This document shows, piece after piece, positions 37,590 to 50,435 of a stretch of 64,000 nucleotides of DNA; the stretch's first letter is position 1, and the number at the start of each line of letters is the position of its first letter. The notes below the pieces were generated by a model. It saw only the letters and a list, made by a program, of their open reading frames with translations, did not search any database and was not told where the DNA came from. The stretch lies in contig NC_057753.1 in assembly GCF_004010195.1 (NCBI RefSeq), positions 1,230,890 through 1,294,889 on the forward strand, written 5' to 3'. This DNA is from Chiloscyllium plagiosum. Taxonomy: Eukaryota. A program made the position numbers and the translations under genes.

Positions 37590-37925
37590 CACATTTAAAG
37601 GGGCGATAAAGGTCTCTGTGCCAGCATTCAGTGTGCAAATATCTCTGTAATGGTGAAGAACACAGAAAAAAATGCCGTCGACAGATGTTCCTATTTTCAC
37701 ATTTGTCTCTTCTTATTTGTTTGTCGTTTTAATAATATGAGCTGGAAGTAGAAAGAACTGTTTGATACTCAGGGTTTTACAGGAGTAGTTGTATAGTTTC
37801 AAAACAAGTGACACCTATTGTGTTGACTGTTTGTGTGGCTGCAACTTCCAATAATATGCAAACGAACAGAATACCACTAGTGGTTCAAAAACAAAGCTGA
37901 TTGATACGTGGAGGAGTTTGTGGGG
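37590..37925 (-). pseudogene. IgSF gene D: decayed germline-joined VJ exon
   Basis: QTPPRIN / SFVFEPLVVFCSFAYYWKLQP..(2 stops)..VKIGTSVDGIFFCVLHHYRDICTLNAGTETFIA. Both canonical Cys are intact and 68 codons apart in one frame; AGTE is J-like. Confidence 0.7.
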
Positions 37926-37930
37926 AACGT

Positions 37931-39089
37931 ATAAGAGGGGACAAAGAATTGGCTGAGCAACAGAATACACACTTTGGTTCTGTCTTCACAAAATATGACA
38001 CAAATCAAATACCAGAAATGTACGAGAATGCAAACTTAGCTAGAGGAAAGAGCTGAATGAGATCATTATTAGTAGAGAAATGATGCTTGGCAAATTGAGG
38101 GGGTTGAAGGTGGATAAATTCCCAAGGCCTGATAATCTACATCCCAGAATACTTTTCGATGTGGTTACAGTAATGGTGAATGAATTGGTGCTCATCTTCA
38201 AAGATTCTTTCGGCTCTTGTATGTTCCTTGCAGATTAGAGGGGAGCTAATGTCACTCCCATATTCAAAATGGAGGCAGAGAGAAACCAAGGAATTGTAGA
38301 CAAGTAAACCTGGCATTGGTCGTTGGGGAATTTCTCAAATCCATTATCAATGACCTCACAGCAGAACATTTTGAAAGCCGTGGTAGGATCCGACAGAGTC
38401 AGTATGGAGTTATGAAGAGGAAATCATGCTTAACAAATCTCGGTTGGGATACTATGAAGATGTAATTAGTAAATTTGACAAGGGGGACCTAGCCGATGTG
38501 GTTCATCTGGACTTTGAGAAAAGATTTGATACGGCCCCACATAAGAAATTACTGCCGTCTGCAGACATTCCTATCGTAAAGACTGTATCTTCTCTTTTGT
38601 TTATGATTTTAAAAATGGACTAGAGTAACAAAGAACTGCTTAATACTCAGGATTTTAGAAGAATTGTTGAATTAAAAGGTTAGGCTTGTTTTCACTGGAG
38701 TTCAGATGAATGAGGAGGGGATCTCCTGGAGACTCATAAAATTCTAACAGGTCTAGACATGATAGGGTGCAGGGATGGGTGCGCCGAGAACCGGGCAACA
38801 GTCTGAGGATTTGGGGTCGACCATTTAGGGCAGTGATGAGGAGACATTTCTTCAGCCAAAAGGTGATAAGCCTGTGAAATTCAGTACGACAGGAAGTAGC
38901 TGATTGCAAAACGTTGAATGTGTTCAAGAGACGGCTGGATATAATACTTAGGGAAAATGGGATGAAATGTTATAGGGAGAAAGCAGGATTACGCTACTGA
39001 CTTGGACGATCAGCCGTGACAGTGATGAACAATCGAGCGCATTCGAAGGGCCAAATGGCCTCCTCTTGTTCCTACCTTCTATATTTCTA
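37931..39089 (+). mobile_element. Old CR1 LINE, internally deleted, inserted at the 5' end of the gene D V exon
   Basis: DVVHLDFEKRFDTAPHKKLL (38426-38623); 3' end 'gaagggccaaatggcctcctcttgttcctacc'. Confidence 0.85.
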
Positions 39090-39812
39090 TGTTACAAGTC
39101 ATTAATGGCAACAGTCTTCTGCCTCATAACAACTTCTTAATTTGACGTTGGTTGGCTGAACAGCTTGGTCTGTCAACAAAACAGACAGAAGTTTATTTGG
39201 ACAAAAAAAACAAGGCGGTAGCAGCCAGAAACTCCCTCTCTCAATTGTCTGTCGGAAGCCACTTTAATGTTGAAGATAACAGCTTATCTTTCTTTCATCG
39301 TTTAGTGCAATCTTTGACTTTGAATTAGGATACCAAAGATAATTGTTTCCGTGAACGACTTGCCCTGGGACCCTTGCAAAACAGTGGAAGCATTCGGCGA
39401 AAAGAAGGCCGATGAGAAACCTTCGGATCAACAAGAACCAATCCTTTAAAACATTGTGGAAAATGAAACCGGTACCGTTGTTCCAGTTGTCTATTCTTCC
39501 ACCTGCTTTCTCACTCTGTTTATGTCTGTCTATCTGTATGCATGCATCATGAGATTTTGGTCAATGTCATGTTTTAACTTGTTGTGTGATGGAGATGGTT
39601 TATCATTGTTTATCCGTCACGAGAATGCACTTACCTAATAATCGAATTCCTACTCATTCTTCTTGAACCTGGAAAATTAATCCATGCTTTCTCTGAACCC
39701 GGGCATACAACTTAGATTGTTTGTTCTTTTCTTTTTTACAAAACATCAAGATTTTGTTGATTCCAAGAATGAGAGGGATTATTGTCCAGTCAATCCTACA
39801 GTGACCAGTAAC
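39090..39812. mobile_element. Probable solo LTR
   Basis: ~720 bp bounded by TGTTAC...GTAACA with no coding signal; no clear target-site duplication (TSD). Confidence 0.55.
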
Positions 39813-39955
39813 ATAATTAAGGAGGACTACAAGAAACATCCATCAGCATCCCAATACAGATTTGTGCATATGTACGTTAACAAACATTTTATTTATAATA
39901 TGGATACGTTTTAAAAATATAATGTTTTTTATCGGCAAATACGCACATATTTAAC

Positions 39956-40012
39956 CTGCGACTATAGAAGAAGTGGTAAGATAATAGTCAGTACTAACTC
40001 CCTGACAAATAT
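39956..40012 (-). pseudogene. IgSF gene D: probable signal-peptide exon
   Basis: ATA (possibly a mutated ATG) FVRELVLTIILPLLL*SQ, then the donor CAG|GTTAAA. Confidence 0.4.
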
Positions 40013-40113
40013 TATCTTCAATTACTTCGATACCTTCATTTATCAACTGTTCAAAATTCTGCTTCTTGATTCATTGTTCCAGTTCTGCAGCCTGGCACCA
40101 ATAACTTGCACTC

Positions 40114-40154
40114 GAAGTTTCATTAGGAAGTTTCACTCAGGGGGAAATGAGTCA
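40114..40154 (+). promoter_or_regulatory. Immune-type regulatory cluster: tandem GAAGTTTCA IRF-like half-sites and an exact AICE2 (GAAATGAGTCA)
   Basis: GAAGTTTCA at 40114-40122 and 40127-40135; GAAATGAGTCA at 40144-40154. Lies between the divergent leaders of genes D and E. Confidence 0.45.
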
Positions 40155-40425
40155 AGTAGCAGTGGTGTTCTCGAGATCCCAATGTGAACTTAATAGAGTG
40201 CAACTTTGCATTGCGGTCTCAAATTCAATTAAATAAGATACGTCTATATTTCCTCAAATATCTGTCTTCAGATCGACGTTATTGCTCGACATTTTAATCA
40301 ATTTGTAATTTGGTATGCTGGAATATTGAAATCATCATAATATGCAGGAAATTCACCAAAGTGCAAGGGAAATGGCTGGGTTATCATATTACAACGTTAT
40401 TGGCGGAAGCAGTCAGATTGTTAAA

Positions 40426-40528
40426 ATGATCATCTTGTTCTGCCCTCTCTGCTTATTATTTGCCCAGGCATCACTGAAAATTCCATTGCACCCTGAAAAT
40501 CAATCAACTGAAGAAATATTTTCAAATG
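40426..40528 (+). pseudogene. IgSF gene E: probable signal-peptide exon
   Basis: MIILFCPLCLLFAQASLKIP..IFSN-G; 103 nt (phase 1) ending at a damaged donor G|GCTGAG. Confidence 0.45.
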
Positions 40529-41105
40529 GCTGAGACTTGTTCGTCCCCAATATGCAGATTTGTTATCACGTCCGCACTTGTAATCAATGCTCAACATTTG
40601 GGGCAGAGGATGGCATAACAGTGATGCCAGTAAATGAGAAAACTGCAGCTGATAGAATTATTCTGCAATTAATTAAAACGATCTGAAATGAGACAAACAT
40701 CGTAGCTATAGCAAATCTTCGCAAAATCTGAACTGATCCACTGATAACTTTGTCAGAAGAAAATTAACCATCTTTACCTAGTATGGCTTACACCAGCGCC
40801 ACAGCAAGGTGGAGCACTCATAACAGTTCTCTAAAGTGATCAGGAAACCATTAATTTTACTGGCAGTTTAGGATATGCAACAAATGTTTGACTTATAAAC
40901 AATACTCTCTCTCTGAGAAAGAATGAATTAATGGTGAATTCTAAGTCACCGGAGATATAAGGCAACAACAGTCTGCTTTTGTCCGAAGCCAACTTTTATT
41001 TATTTTTGAGGTGGAGGATAATAATATCCTGTGGATTTCTAAGAAATATAATGTCCATTATATACTTTCATGCTTGCTTTGTAATTTTATTTTCTTGCCA
41101 CCGAG

Positions 41106-41500
41106 GCCCAGCTAACCAGCTTTATGTTGACATCAAGAAATGCTGACATAATTTGGAACTGGGAAGAACAGCACGAAGATAAGAAGAGGAAACATTTAGA
41201 AATATTCAGGTAAAATAGTTTTCTTTCCCTTTTTTCTACTTCGACCCATCACAGACTTGAACTGTAGAATGAAATTAATGAACAGGAAGATCCATTCTAT
41301 CGATTCAAATAATGTTGCTGGGTGTAACATCAATTTTATATTTGGGTTTTCTCTTTTTTCACTAACCTTCTCATTCCCGTCATGCACAACTTTACGTTCC
41401 CCTACTATCATTTGTGATAGTGTTGCTGTACTTGTGAGAGGGGATGAAAAACGCTCTCCAATATCAAGAGGTTGCAAACTCCAGTTTTTCATCGAATTGG
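41106..41500 (+). pseudogene. IgSF gene E: decayed VJ exon
   Basis: Acceptor tttattttcttgccaccgag; reads ..NLELGRTAR..FPFFYFDP / ..FSLTFSFPSCTTLRSPTIICDSVAVL..SRGCKLQFFIE. Confidence 0.4.
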
Positions 41501-42328
41501 GCATAAAGCATGCATTATGAATATCCTACGTGAGGTCAAGCAGGTTCAATCTCGTGAATACTGCGCACTTCAAAACAGCTGACTACTGTATGGCAATCAG
41601 TTATTCAGAATGTGTCTACTATCATTGCGATAATCCCAAGAATGCTTTATCATCATATTTGCTCACAAGTAGTCCAGTCTATTTGCAAGGTTGATGTGAA
41701 ACAATTCTTACTGAAGTATATAGCAATCAGACCTCAGATGCATTTTAACAACAACAGTGGAGATCATTTTTGAATTGGAACGAATGTTGATTGCTGCTGG
41801 ATAGGATATCAGAGAAGATGATTGGAAGTTCATTAAATTATATTATAGGTCAGTAGGAAAAGAATTGCCTTTGTATCTTGCATTTCATGAATTTAAAATG
41901 ATGTGCAATGGTCATGTGTGTGAGAGAGGAAAAAAAAAACGCTTCTTTTACACAACCAGTTCTCAACGTCTGGAATGCAGTGCTTGGAAATGCGATGGAC
42001 GCAGTTTCAAGTTGAAGTTGGCATTAGATGAATTATTTTATTGGATAGTAAAGGTTTACAGGTTTATGGAGAAAAGCAAGATACTAGCGCTAGAAAATAG
42101 ATACTGTGCCGTCACAATGCATCAAATTACCTCCTTCTGACGTTCTCTGACTGCATGTTTTCGATACAGGACTTCGACATGAAATTGTTGATTAAATGTT
42201 TATGGGATATTTGATAGACTAGACGATCTTCTGTGGAACTCATCTCGTGCTCTTTCTGTTGTATTAAATGAGGATAGATAATTGGAATTCTCCCAGTTTT
42301 AAGCTAACGTCATGTTCTGGTCTTCTAG

Positions 42329-42587
42329 CTACTCAACTGTCATAACGAGACGTTACAATAGTAGAGCCAGAAAACAGCAAGAGACTACATAGAAAATCTT
42401 ATCCAGAAGGAAATCAGGAACAAGTCCAAATGAATGGTCTCATGAAACCGTTTGGTTCTATAACCGTTTACTTGAAGATGAACACAAAATATGGTCAGCG
42501 TTTGAGCGGAGATTTTGACTCCCAAAAATTCTCGGATCACACGTAAGTTGCAAAAGGAAGACTTTATTGTAATTAAGCCGGTGAAAG
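42329..42587 (+). pseudogene. IgSF gene E: decayed C1-set exon
   Basis: Acceptor gttctggtcttctag, phase-1 donor AAG|GTCAAT. Composite reading RDVTIVEPE..YP/EIRNK/QMNG..GSITV../MVSV*AEILTPKNSRIT(R<-C)KLQKE. Confidence 0.45.
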
Positions 42588-43066
42588 GTCAATAGTCCAC
42601 AGTTCAGAGTATCGATCAAGATGTCTCTGGATGTATTAATGTCAGATCTATGATTTTTAACAAGAAGGCAGCATGTTTTACGACGCTTTTATGTGTAACA
42701 ATCTTGCATGTTACCCTTTCCACACTGTGTAATATTTCTTTCTCTAACCGAGTTCTCATAATTAGGAATTAGTTGATTGATGCAATTAAGTCTTAATCTC
42801 ATACATCGAACATCATTATAGATTTAAAATGTTTGTACAGCTGATGTCTTTCTCTTCCATCATGGTAGATAAAACTAAACTTATGAGCATTTAATTCATT
42901 TTAAGTTCCGTGAGAAAGAACAGCTGCAAAGTTATGCCAAGATGCTTATATTTCTGAATGCATTGTCATGATAGCTGTGACTGCAGCAGCCATTTTAAAC
43001 TTATAAGACAAATGATTAATGCAAGATGGATACTTAAAATGGATGCTTTTAATTGTTGATTCCCAG

Positions 43067-44232
43067 ATGCTATGTTAGTTACACCACTCCGAAATTCATT
43101 GCAGTGGAGACAAAAAGGTATACAACAGAGTGATCTACTGAGTGCACATGTCTCAGAGCTGGTGACCAAAGAACTGAGGATGCGTTGAGACGAGGTGTGA
43201 GATGAGAGCAAAAGATGGCATGATAAAACTGGGGATGCAAAGTAGGATGGAGAGGCTATTGGAAAAGTTCTAAACGAAGTTGCTGAAAAAAGTCGAGCGG
43301 ACTCGGAGTACTAAACGTGTTGCTCTCTACTTTAGAATAATTTACTTTTCAAAGATTCACTGTTCAGCTAATAAGATCTGAGAATTCCTAGAACCCAGTA
43401 TTTATTCTCAGTAAAAATCAGAAAATAAATGTTAAAGCATCAAATTCCATACATTCTCAGATTCAAGTTGGTGAAATTACGTTCTGCAGCACCCTGAAGT
43501 ATATCACGTCAGTGTACTTAAATAAATATTCATCCATCATACAGAGGATCAAGAGGGCGTAAAGTGGTTGCGCTGCTGTCTGCCTGCCAGTAACTCTTGG
43601 ACAGCTGTTCTTGTTAGTGCAGATAAATGTAAAACCGATACCTACTGGTGCATTCTACAGAATGCCCTGATGACCAAATACTCTTCAACTAACAGCAATT
43701 TTTCCCCTTTTTCATTAAAAAACACGAAGTAAGCTATACAAAGCACACAGATCTATCTCGTGAAACAATTACTTCAAATTGCATAGAATTTGTTCAACTG
43801 TGTTTGGAGTATTCAACGTGGTACATTTCTATAATGACATATTTCTTAAATTATACACGGCTGCTGGTTTTGATTTCTTAATGTACATCATTACCACATT
43901 GAGCCAGTTTCGCAACGGACGACGCTCTTGGTTACACAAAGCTCCTGGGTTCCAGTATCTCATTCGAAATGCATAGCCCTGTAATCAGGTATATTCCGTT
44001 GGATGTTGATCTGGACAGAACACTTTTTTTAAAGTGTCAGGTACTGAGACTGATGCCTTTCCTCAGATACTTGCCCACACTAACTACAAAATCAACTACT
44101 GAATATCAACTACTGAAGCCAATAAACTGCAAAGTTTGGGAGCTAAAATTGGAGTTTATTTTTCAGATTCAGTGTTGCAATGAAACATCACTAACAAGTC
44201 GGGACTTCTGATTGAAATAACACACAAACTTG
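43067..44232 (+). pseudogene. IgSF gene E: stalk exon (43067-43117), TM exon (~43787-43930), small cytoplasmic exon (44167-44232)
   Basis: All three have AG/GT boundaries. The stalk is 51 nt, phase 1-1 (DAMLVTPLRNSLQWRQKG). The TM reads WYISIMTYFLNYTRLLVLIS / LMYIITTL. Confidence 0.45.
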
Positions 44233-44348
44233 GTAAAGTATGTTTGATGATAACCAGGAGAACATCCCTGTACCATTCTCATTCGAAGACAAACACAGAG
44301 GCCCAGTCGCTGAATGATACGTGCAACTTCATTCGTTCGATTCACTTA

Positions 44349-45118
44349 TTTTACGAAGTTGAAAACATGTACTGTCCTTTTAAGAGAGTGTGAATGCTGT
44401 TTTGCAATGAGAGCTTGCAACCACCTTTCATATGACTAACCAGCAGTCTCGTAATGCACTGGGAATTGAAAATATATAACGGCTGTCAAATGGGTGTATG
44501 AGTTTTGGTTGCTGTTTTGACAATAATTCGAATGTAGCCAATCGATTTAAATTATACCCAAGATATAAAAACTCAATGGAGTTTGAATTTATTATTTTTG
44601 ACAAACTCGAACCAATGAGATGATCCGTTGCTTAGGGAATAAAGAAGTAGGCATTTTGCAAGTTCGAAAGGCCAACTGCCATCGACAGAGAAACTGCCAG
44701 CAAAAACATTCCCTATCAAAAGTATTTTTTTCATAATGAACATCGTTACAATAAAAAGAAAGAAGATGATCCAGGGAGATCTTCATCCAGAAGAAGACAG
44801 ACACCGCCGACGACAGCCGCTGTGTGGTTTTAAAATTAAGTTGATGCAATTTTAGTAACTGTTAGTTGTTATTGGAACCGTATATTGTTACAGATTTGGA
44901 GTCAGATAATAAGCAGTTAAGGGAAAGGGGCTTAGAGTTTAAAATAGTTGTTGTTTAATGTCCACTTTCAGAGTTAAAGAAAAAACTGATATTATTTTGT
45001 TTCAATAGTGGAATTTAGGAATTCTCGGATACTTATACTTTAACAGATTACAAGGCGAGATGAACTCTTTTGGGTGTTTGGTAGAATTAACAGAAGGGTT
45101 TACTGCCGTGGCGTAACA
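44349..45118 (+). repeat. 5' LTR
   Basis: Aligns along its length with 57474-58234 (e.g. agaagaagacagacaccg, tgtgtggttttaaaattaag); ends gtaaca. Confidence 0.9.
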
Positions 45119-46334
45119 GTTTTTGCGCTTGGCCAGGATTTGGACAGGTTTAGACGGATCCAGTCTAAGATTTGGACAGATTTGAACAGATTTGGTATAC
45201 TAAAGATCTCAAGAGATTTAAACAATTTCCGATTAGTGTCAGATCTTTAATGAAACGTAGGTGAGACAGTTTGTTCCATTTTGTTTACTTGTGGTTGGTT
45301 AAATTAAAAGTGAGTGAAATAGCTCTTAATTTTGCTGAAGAGGTTCTGCAGTTTGAAGATTATTTCCAAATTTGTGAAGAAAATTTAGAAAGACAGGAAA
45401 AAGATCATACGTTTGCACTTAGCAAATAGGCTAGAATTGGGTTTAACCAGGGACTAAAGTAAAGCTGAAATTGTAAGGGAGTTAGTCGAGCACTTATATG
45501 TGTCAGAGAAACAGGCAAGTGCAGTACAGTTAGAAAAACGCAAATTACCATTGAGACAAATGAAGTTAGAAGCAAAAGAAAAGGAAAGGCACGCCATGTT
45601 AGAGGAAAAAGAGAGAGAATGTTCTTCACTGAGCAAAGAGAGAGAAGAAAGAGAAAGGGAGAGAGAACAGAGAGAGAGAGAAGGAAGAGAAAGGCAGGGA
45701 GAATGTGAACAGGAAAGTCAAGTGAGCAGGATGGAGATAAAGAGAGAAGCTCGTGATATATACGAATATGTTAGAACACTGACACATTTTGATGAGAAAG
45801 ATGTCGAAGACTTCTTTATACCATTTGAAAAATTCCCAACAAACCATCTATCAGAGCCTCTAATTATTTAGGCCCCAATGATTAACTCCTTGGAGATGGA
45901 GTGGTCAAAGGACTTGTGGGTAATGCTAGTTCAGACTAAGCTGGAAGTCAGCGCTAATGAGGTATTTTCATCGCTGTCAGATGAGGGGTTACGAGATTAT
46001 GAAGATGTCAAACGGGCTATTTTGTGTGCTTATGAATTGGGACCAGAGGCGTCGAGGCAGCGGTTCAGAAACATAAAGAAGAAATCAGGTCACACTTACA
46101 ATGAGTTTGAAAGAATTAAAGATTGTAATTTTGATGGATGGGTGCGGGCCTGAAAAACAGATAAGTCCAATGAGACTCTAAGAGAGATTATTCTGGCGGA
46201 GGAGTATTGTTCTAGAGATGACAAGAACCCATGTGGATGAACAGAAAGTTTAAGAATTACAAAGAGCAGGAGAGATGGCAGATGAATATGCAATGATGCA
46301 TAAGGCAAAGTTTAGCTTCTGGCAAGAATTCCAT

Positions 46335-46673
46335 CCTGCGAGGGTTAGAATTTGGACGAAGGGGAGAATCTACAGACAAAATAAAGTGTAGAGCATACTG
46401 GTAATAGTTTAGCACAGCTTAAAAAAAATGCACATTGAAATGTGGGACACGCGAAGTCACAGTGCTGATCGTCAAAGAACAGCACTGTGGGAAAAGATGT
46501 GGTCCTGCGAGGGTTAGAATTTGGACGAAGGGGAGAATCTACAGACAAAATAAAGTGTAGAGCATACTGGTAATAGTTTAGCACAGCTTAAAAAAAAAAG
46601 TACATTGAAATGTGGGACACGTGACGTCACAATGCTGATCGTCAAAGAACAGCACTGTGGGAAAAGATGTGGT
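46335..46673 (+). repeat. ~169-bp tandem duplication in Gypsy gag (46335-46503 / 46504-46673)
   Basis: cctgcgagggttagaatttgg...gggaaaagatgtggt occurs twice, with few differences. Confidence 0.95.
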
Positions 46674-46974
46674 AAAAGAAGCTAAGTCATTAGCATTAGT
46701 GACAGGAAAGGAAACACCAAGAAAAGTCCAGGGGTCGCAGAAGAGTGCACAGCCTAGTCAGGGGCTAGGTATAGAGTTCGAGTCTGATCTCTATGAAGAA
46801 TTCACCTCCCTGTGTAAAGTTTATTCAGAAAGGAGAGGGGGAGAAGGGAAATAAGTTACAATTTTGAGAAATGCAGTATCCAATCAGTCTCCAACAGTAA
46901 GAGATGAACGCATTTGCACTCTTTCTGACGCGTTACCTGAGACAGTGGTAACTTGTAGAATAAACAGACAGAAG

Positions 46975-49900
46975 GGAAGGGGGGAAAGGAAGAGAGTGTT
47001 AATCATTGGGGCCTAAATAATTAGAGGCTCTGATAGATGGTTTGTTGGGAACGAACAAGACTCGCGGTTGGTGTGTTGCCTCCCAGGTGCCAGGGTCCGT
47101 GATGTCTTGGATAGTATCTTTGGGGCCCTGAAGGGAGAGGATGATTAACCTCAAGTCGTGGTTCATATAGGTACCAACGATATAGGTAGAAAGAAGGATA
47201 GGGATGTAAGGCAGGATTTCATGGAGCTAGGGTGGAAGATGAGAGCTGAAACAAAGAGAGTTGTTGTCTCTGGTTTGTTACCCATGACACGTGATAGCGA
47301 GGCAAGGAATAGGGAGAGGTATCAGCTGAACACGTGGCTGCAAGGATGGTGTAGGAGGGAGCGTTTCAGTTTCTTGGATATTTAGGGCTCATTCTGGGGA
47401 AGGTGGGACTTGTACAAACAGGACAGTCTTCACTTGAACCAGAGGGGTACTAATATCCTGTGTGGAAAATTTGCTGGTGCTATTCGGGTGGGTTTAAACA
47501 AGCTCAGCAGAGGGATAGGAACCGGAGGTGTAGTTGCAGTGCACAGGAGGACGAGAGTAGGAAAGACAGGGACAGGATTTCAGGGTCACAGGAATGTGCT
47601 GGCAGACAGAAAACTGGTTTGAAGTGTGTCTACTTAAACGCCAGAAGAATCCGAAATAAGGTAGGTGAGCTTGCAGCATGGATATGTACCTGGGACTTGG
47701 ATTTTGTAGCCTTTTCGGAGACATGGATAGAGAGGGTGAGGAATGGATTTTGCAGGTTCCAGGTATAGATTTTTCATTAAGAACGAGCAACGCGGTAAAA
47801 GAGGGAGAGGCGTGGGCTTGTTAGTCAAGGATAGTGTAACGGTGGCTGAGAGAATGTTTGATGAGGATTCGTCTACTGAGGTAGTGTGGGCTGAGGTTAG
47901 AAACAGGAGAGGAGAGGTCACACAGCTTGGAGTTTTTTTATAGACCTCCGCAGAGTTCCAGGGAGGTGGAAGAGAGGATTAGCAAAATTATTCTGGGTAG
48001 GAGTGAAAGGAACAGGGTGGTCATTTTGGGGTACTTTAATTTCCCCAACATTGACTGGAAATGCTATAACCCGAGTACGTCGGATGGATCAGTTTTTGTC
48101 CAATGTGTACAGGAGGGTTTCCTGACATAGTATGTCGGACGGCCGACAAGAAGAGAGGCCACACTCGATCTGTTGCTGGGAATGAACTAGGCCAGGTGTT
48201 TGATTTAGTTGTAGGTGAGCACTTTAGAGATTGCGACCATAATTCAGTTATATTTAGTTTAACGATGGAAAGGGATAGGTACATGCCACAGGTCAAGAGT
48301 TATCAATGGGGCAAGGGCAATTATAATTAGGATGCATAAAATTGGGTAGCAAAATGCAGGGGACGCTGACAATGGAATAGTGGAGTTGGTTTAAGTAACA
48401 GATAGTGCGTGTCCTTGATAGGTATGTCCCTGTCAGGCAGGGATTAAGTGATAAGGTAAGGGAACCGTTGTTTACTTCAGAAATTGCATCTCTTGTTACG
48501 AAGAAGAAGGAGGCTTGTGTGTTGATGAGGCAAGATGGTACAGATGAGACGATGGCGAGTTACAGATCAGCGAAGAAGGATATAAAGAGTGAGTTAAGAA
48601 GAGCAAAGAGAGGACACAAGCAGTCTTCAGTAAATAGAGTAAAGGAGAACCCTAAAGCTTTCTATAGGTATGTGAGGAAGAAAAGGTGGATTATGGCAGG
48701 AATAGTTCCAGTCAAAGACAGAAATGGGAATTTGAGTGTGGACCCTGTGGAGATCAGAGAGGTGCTACACAACAATTTTTCATTGGTGTTCACTCAGGAA
48801 AAGTAGAATTAGAGGAAAAGAATGAGGTAAGAGTTATTAGACTAGAAAGAATCGAGGTTAGTTATGAACAGGTGTTATCAATTCTAGGAGTGAAAGAAGA
48901 CAAGTCCCCTGGGCCGGATGGGATTTACCCGAGGATTCTCTGGGAAGCTTGCGAGGAGATAGCAGATCTTTTGACTTTGATATTTGAGATGTCATTGTCT
49001 ACAGGTCTAGAACCGGAGGAATGGATGTTTGCAAATGTTGTGCCCTTGTTCAAGAAGGGCAGCAGAGATGACCCAGGTAGTTATACACCAGTGAGCCTTA
49101 CTTCTGTTGTAGGAAAGGTTTTGCAAAGGATTATAACAGATAGGATTTAAAATCATCTAGCAAGCAACAACTTGGTTTCAGATAGTCAACATGTTTTCGT
49201 CAAGGGTAGGTCGTGTCTCATAAATCTCATTGAGAGGTTTTTGAGAAGGTGACCAAGCATGTAGATGCGAGTAGGGCTTTTGACGTGGTATACATGGACT
49301 TCAGTAAAGCCTTTGATACGGTTCCACGTGGTAGCCCTGTTGGAGGGAATTCAGAGGCATGGAATTAAGGGTGATTTAGCAGTTTGGATTAGAAACTGGC
49401 TTTCTGAAAGAAGGCAGCGAGTGGTGGTTGATGGAAAATATTCAGTCTGGAGTCCGGTTACTAGTGGTGTGCCAAAATGTTCTGTTTCAGGAGCACTGTT
49501 GTTTGTCATTTTCACAAATGACTTCGACGCAGGCATAGGTGGATGGATTAGTAAATTTACAGACGACACTAAAGTCGGTGGAGTAGTGAACAGTTTGGAA
49601 GAATGTTACAGGTTGCAGGGGGACTTGGATAAATTGCAGAATTGGGCTGAGGTGTCAAATGGAGTTCGATGCAGCTAAATGTGAGGTGATGCATTTTCGG
49701 AAGAAATAACAGGAAGGCAGAGTACTGGGTCAATGGAAAGATTCTTGGTAGTGTGGATGTGCAGTGGGATCTTGGAATCCATGTACATAAATTCCTGAAA
49801 GTTGACACTCAGGTGGATTGTGCTGTTAAGAAGGCATACGGTGTGTTAAGTTTCATTGGTAGAGGAATTGGGTTCCAGAGCCGCAATATCATGTTGCAAC

Positions 49901-50435
49901 TAGACAAAACGCTGGTGCGGCCACACTTGGAATAATGTGCAAGTTCAGGTCCCCATATTTCGGGAAGGATGTGGAAGAATTGGAAAAGGTGCAGAGGAAA
50001 TTTACCAGGATGTTGCCAGGTCTGGAGGGAAGGTCTTATGAGGAAAGTCTGAGAGACTTGGGTCTGTTCTAATTGGAAAGAAGAAAGCTAAGTGGGGATT
50101 TGATGGAGACATGCAAGATGAACAGAGATTTAGAGAGGGTAGAGAGTAAAATACATTTTCCTCGGATGATACCTTCAGCATGTACGAGGGATCATAACTA
50201 CAAATTGAGGGGTGATAGTTTTAAGACAGATGTCAGAGGCAGAATCTCTACGCCGAGAATGCGAAGGGCGTGGAATGCCCTAGCTACTAATGTAGTCAAC
50301 TCAGCCACATGAGGGAGATGTAAGCAATCCTTAGGTAAGCACATGGATGATTTTGGGATAGTGTAGGAGACGAGCTGAGAATAGTTCACAGGTCGGCCCA
50401 ACGTCGAGGGCCGAACGGCCTGATCTGCGCTGTAT
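46975..50435 (+). mobile_element. Long CR1 LINE (ORF1 esterase + ORF2), decayed, nested in the Gypsy protease
   Basis: VHIGTNDIG, DSLHLN, YLNARRIRNK, FYRPP, DKSPGPDGIYPRIL, KFTDDTK; its tail continues at 51881-51899. Confidence 0.95.

Noticed and set aside
42329..42542. Fibronectin-III-like reading (QMNGLMKPFGSITVYL) ending at CAC|GTAAGT
   Set aside because: A C1 reading with YP..I...NG and IT(C)KL, ending at a phase-1 donor at 42587, fits the context better.
45500..45871. Glu/Arg-rich coiled-coil ORF (also 35023-35379)
   Set aside because: N-terminal gag of the Gypsy elements, not a host gene.
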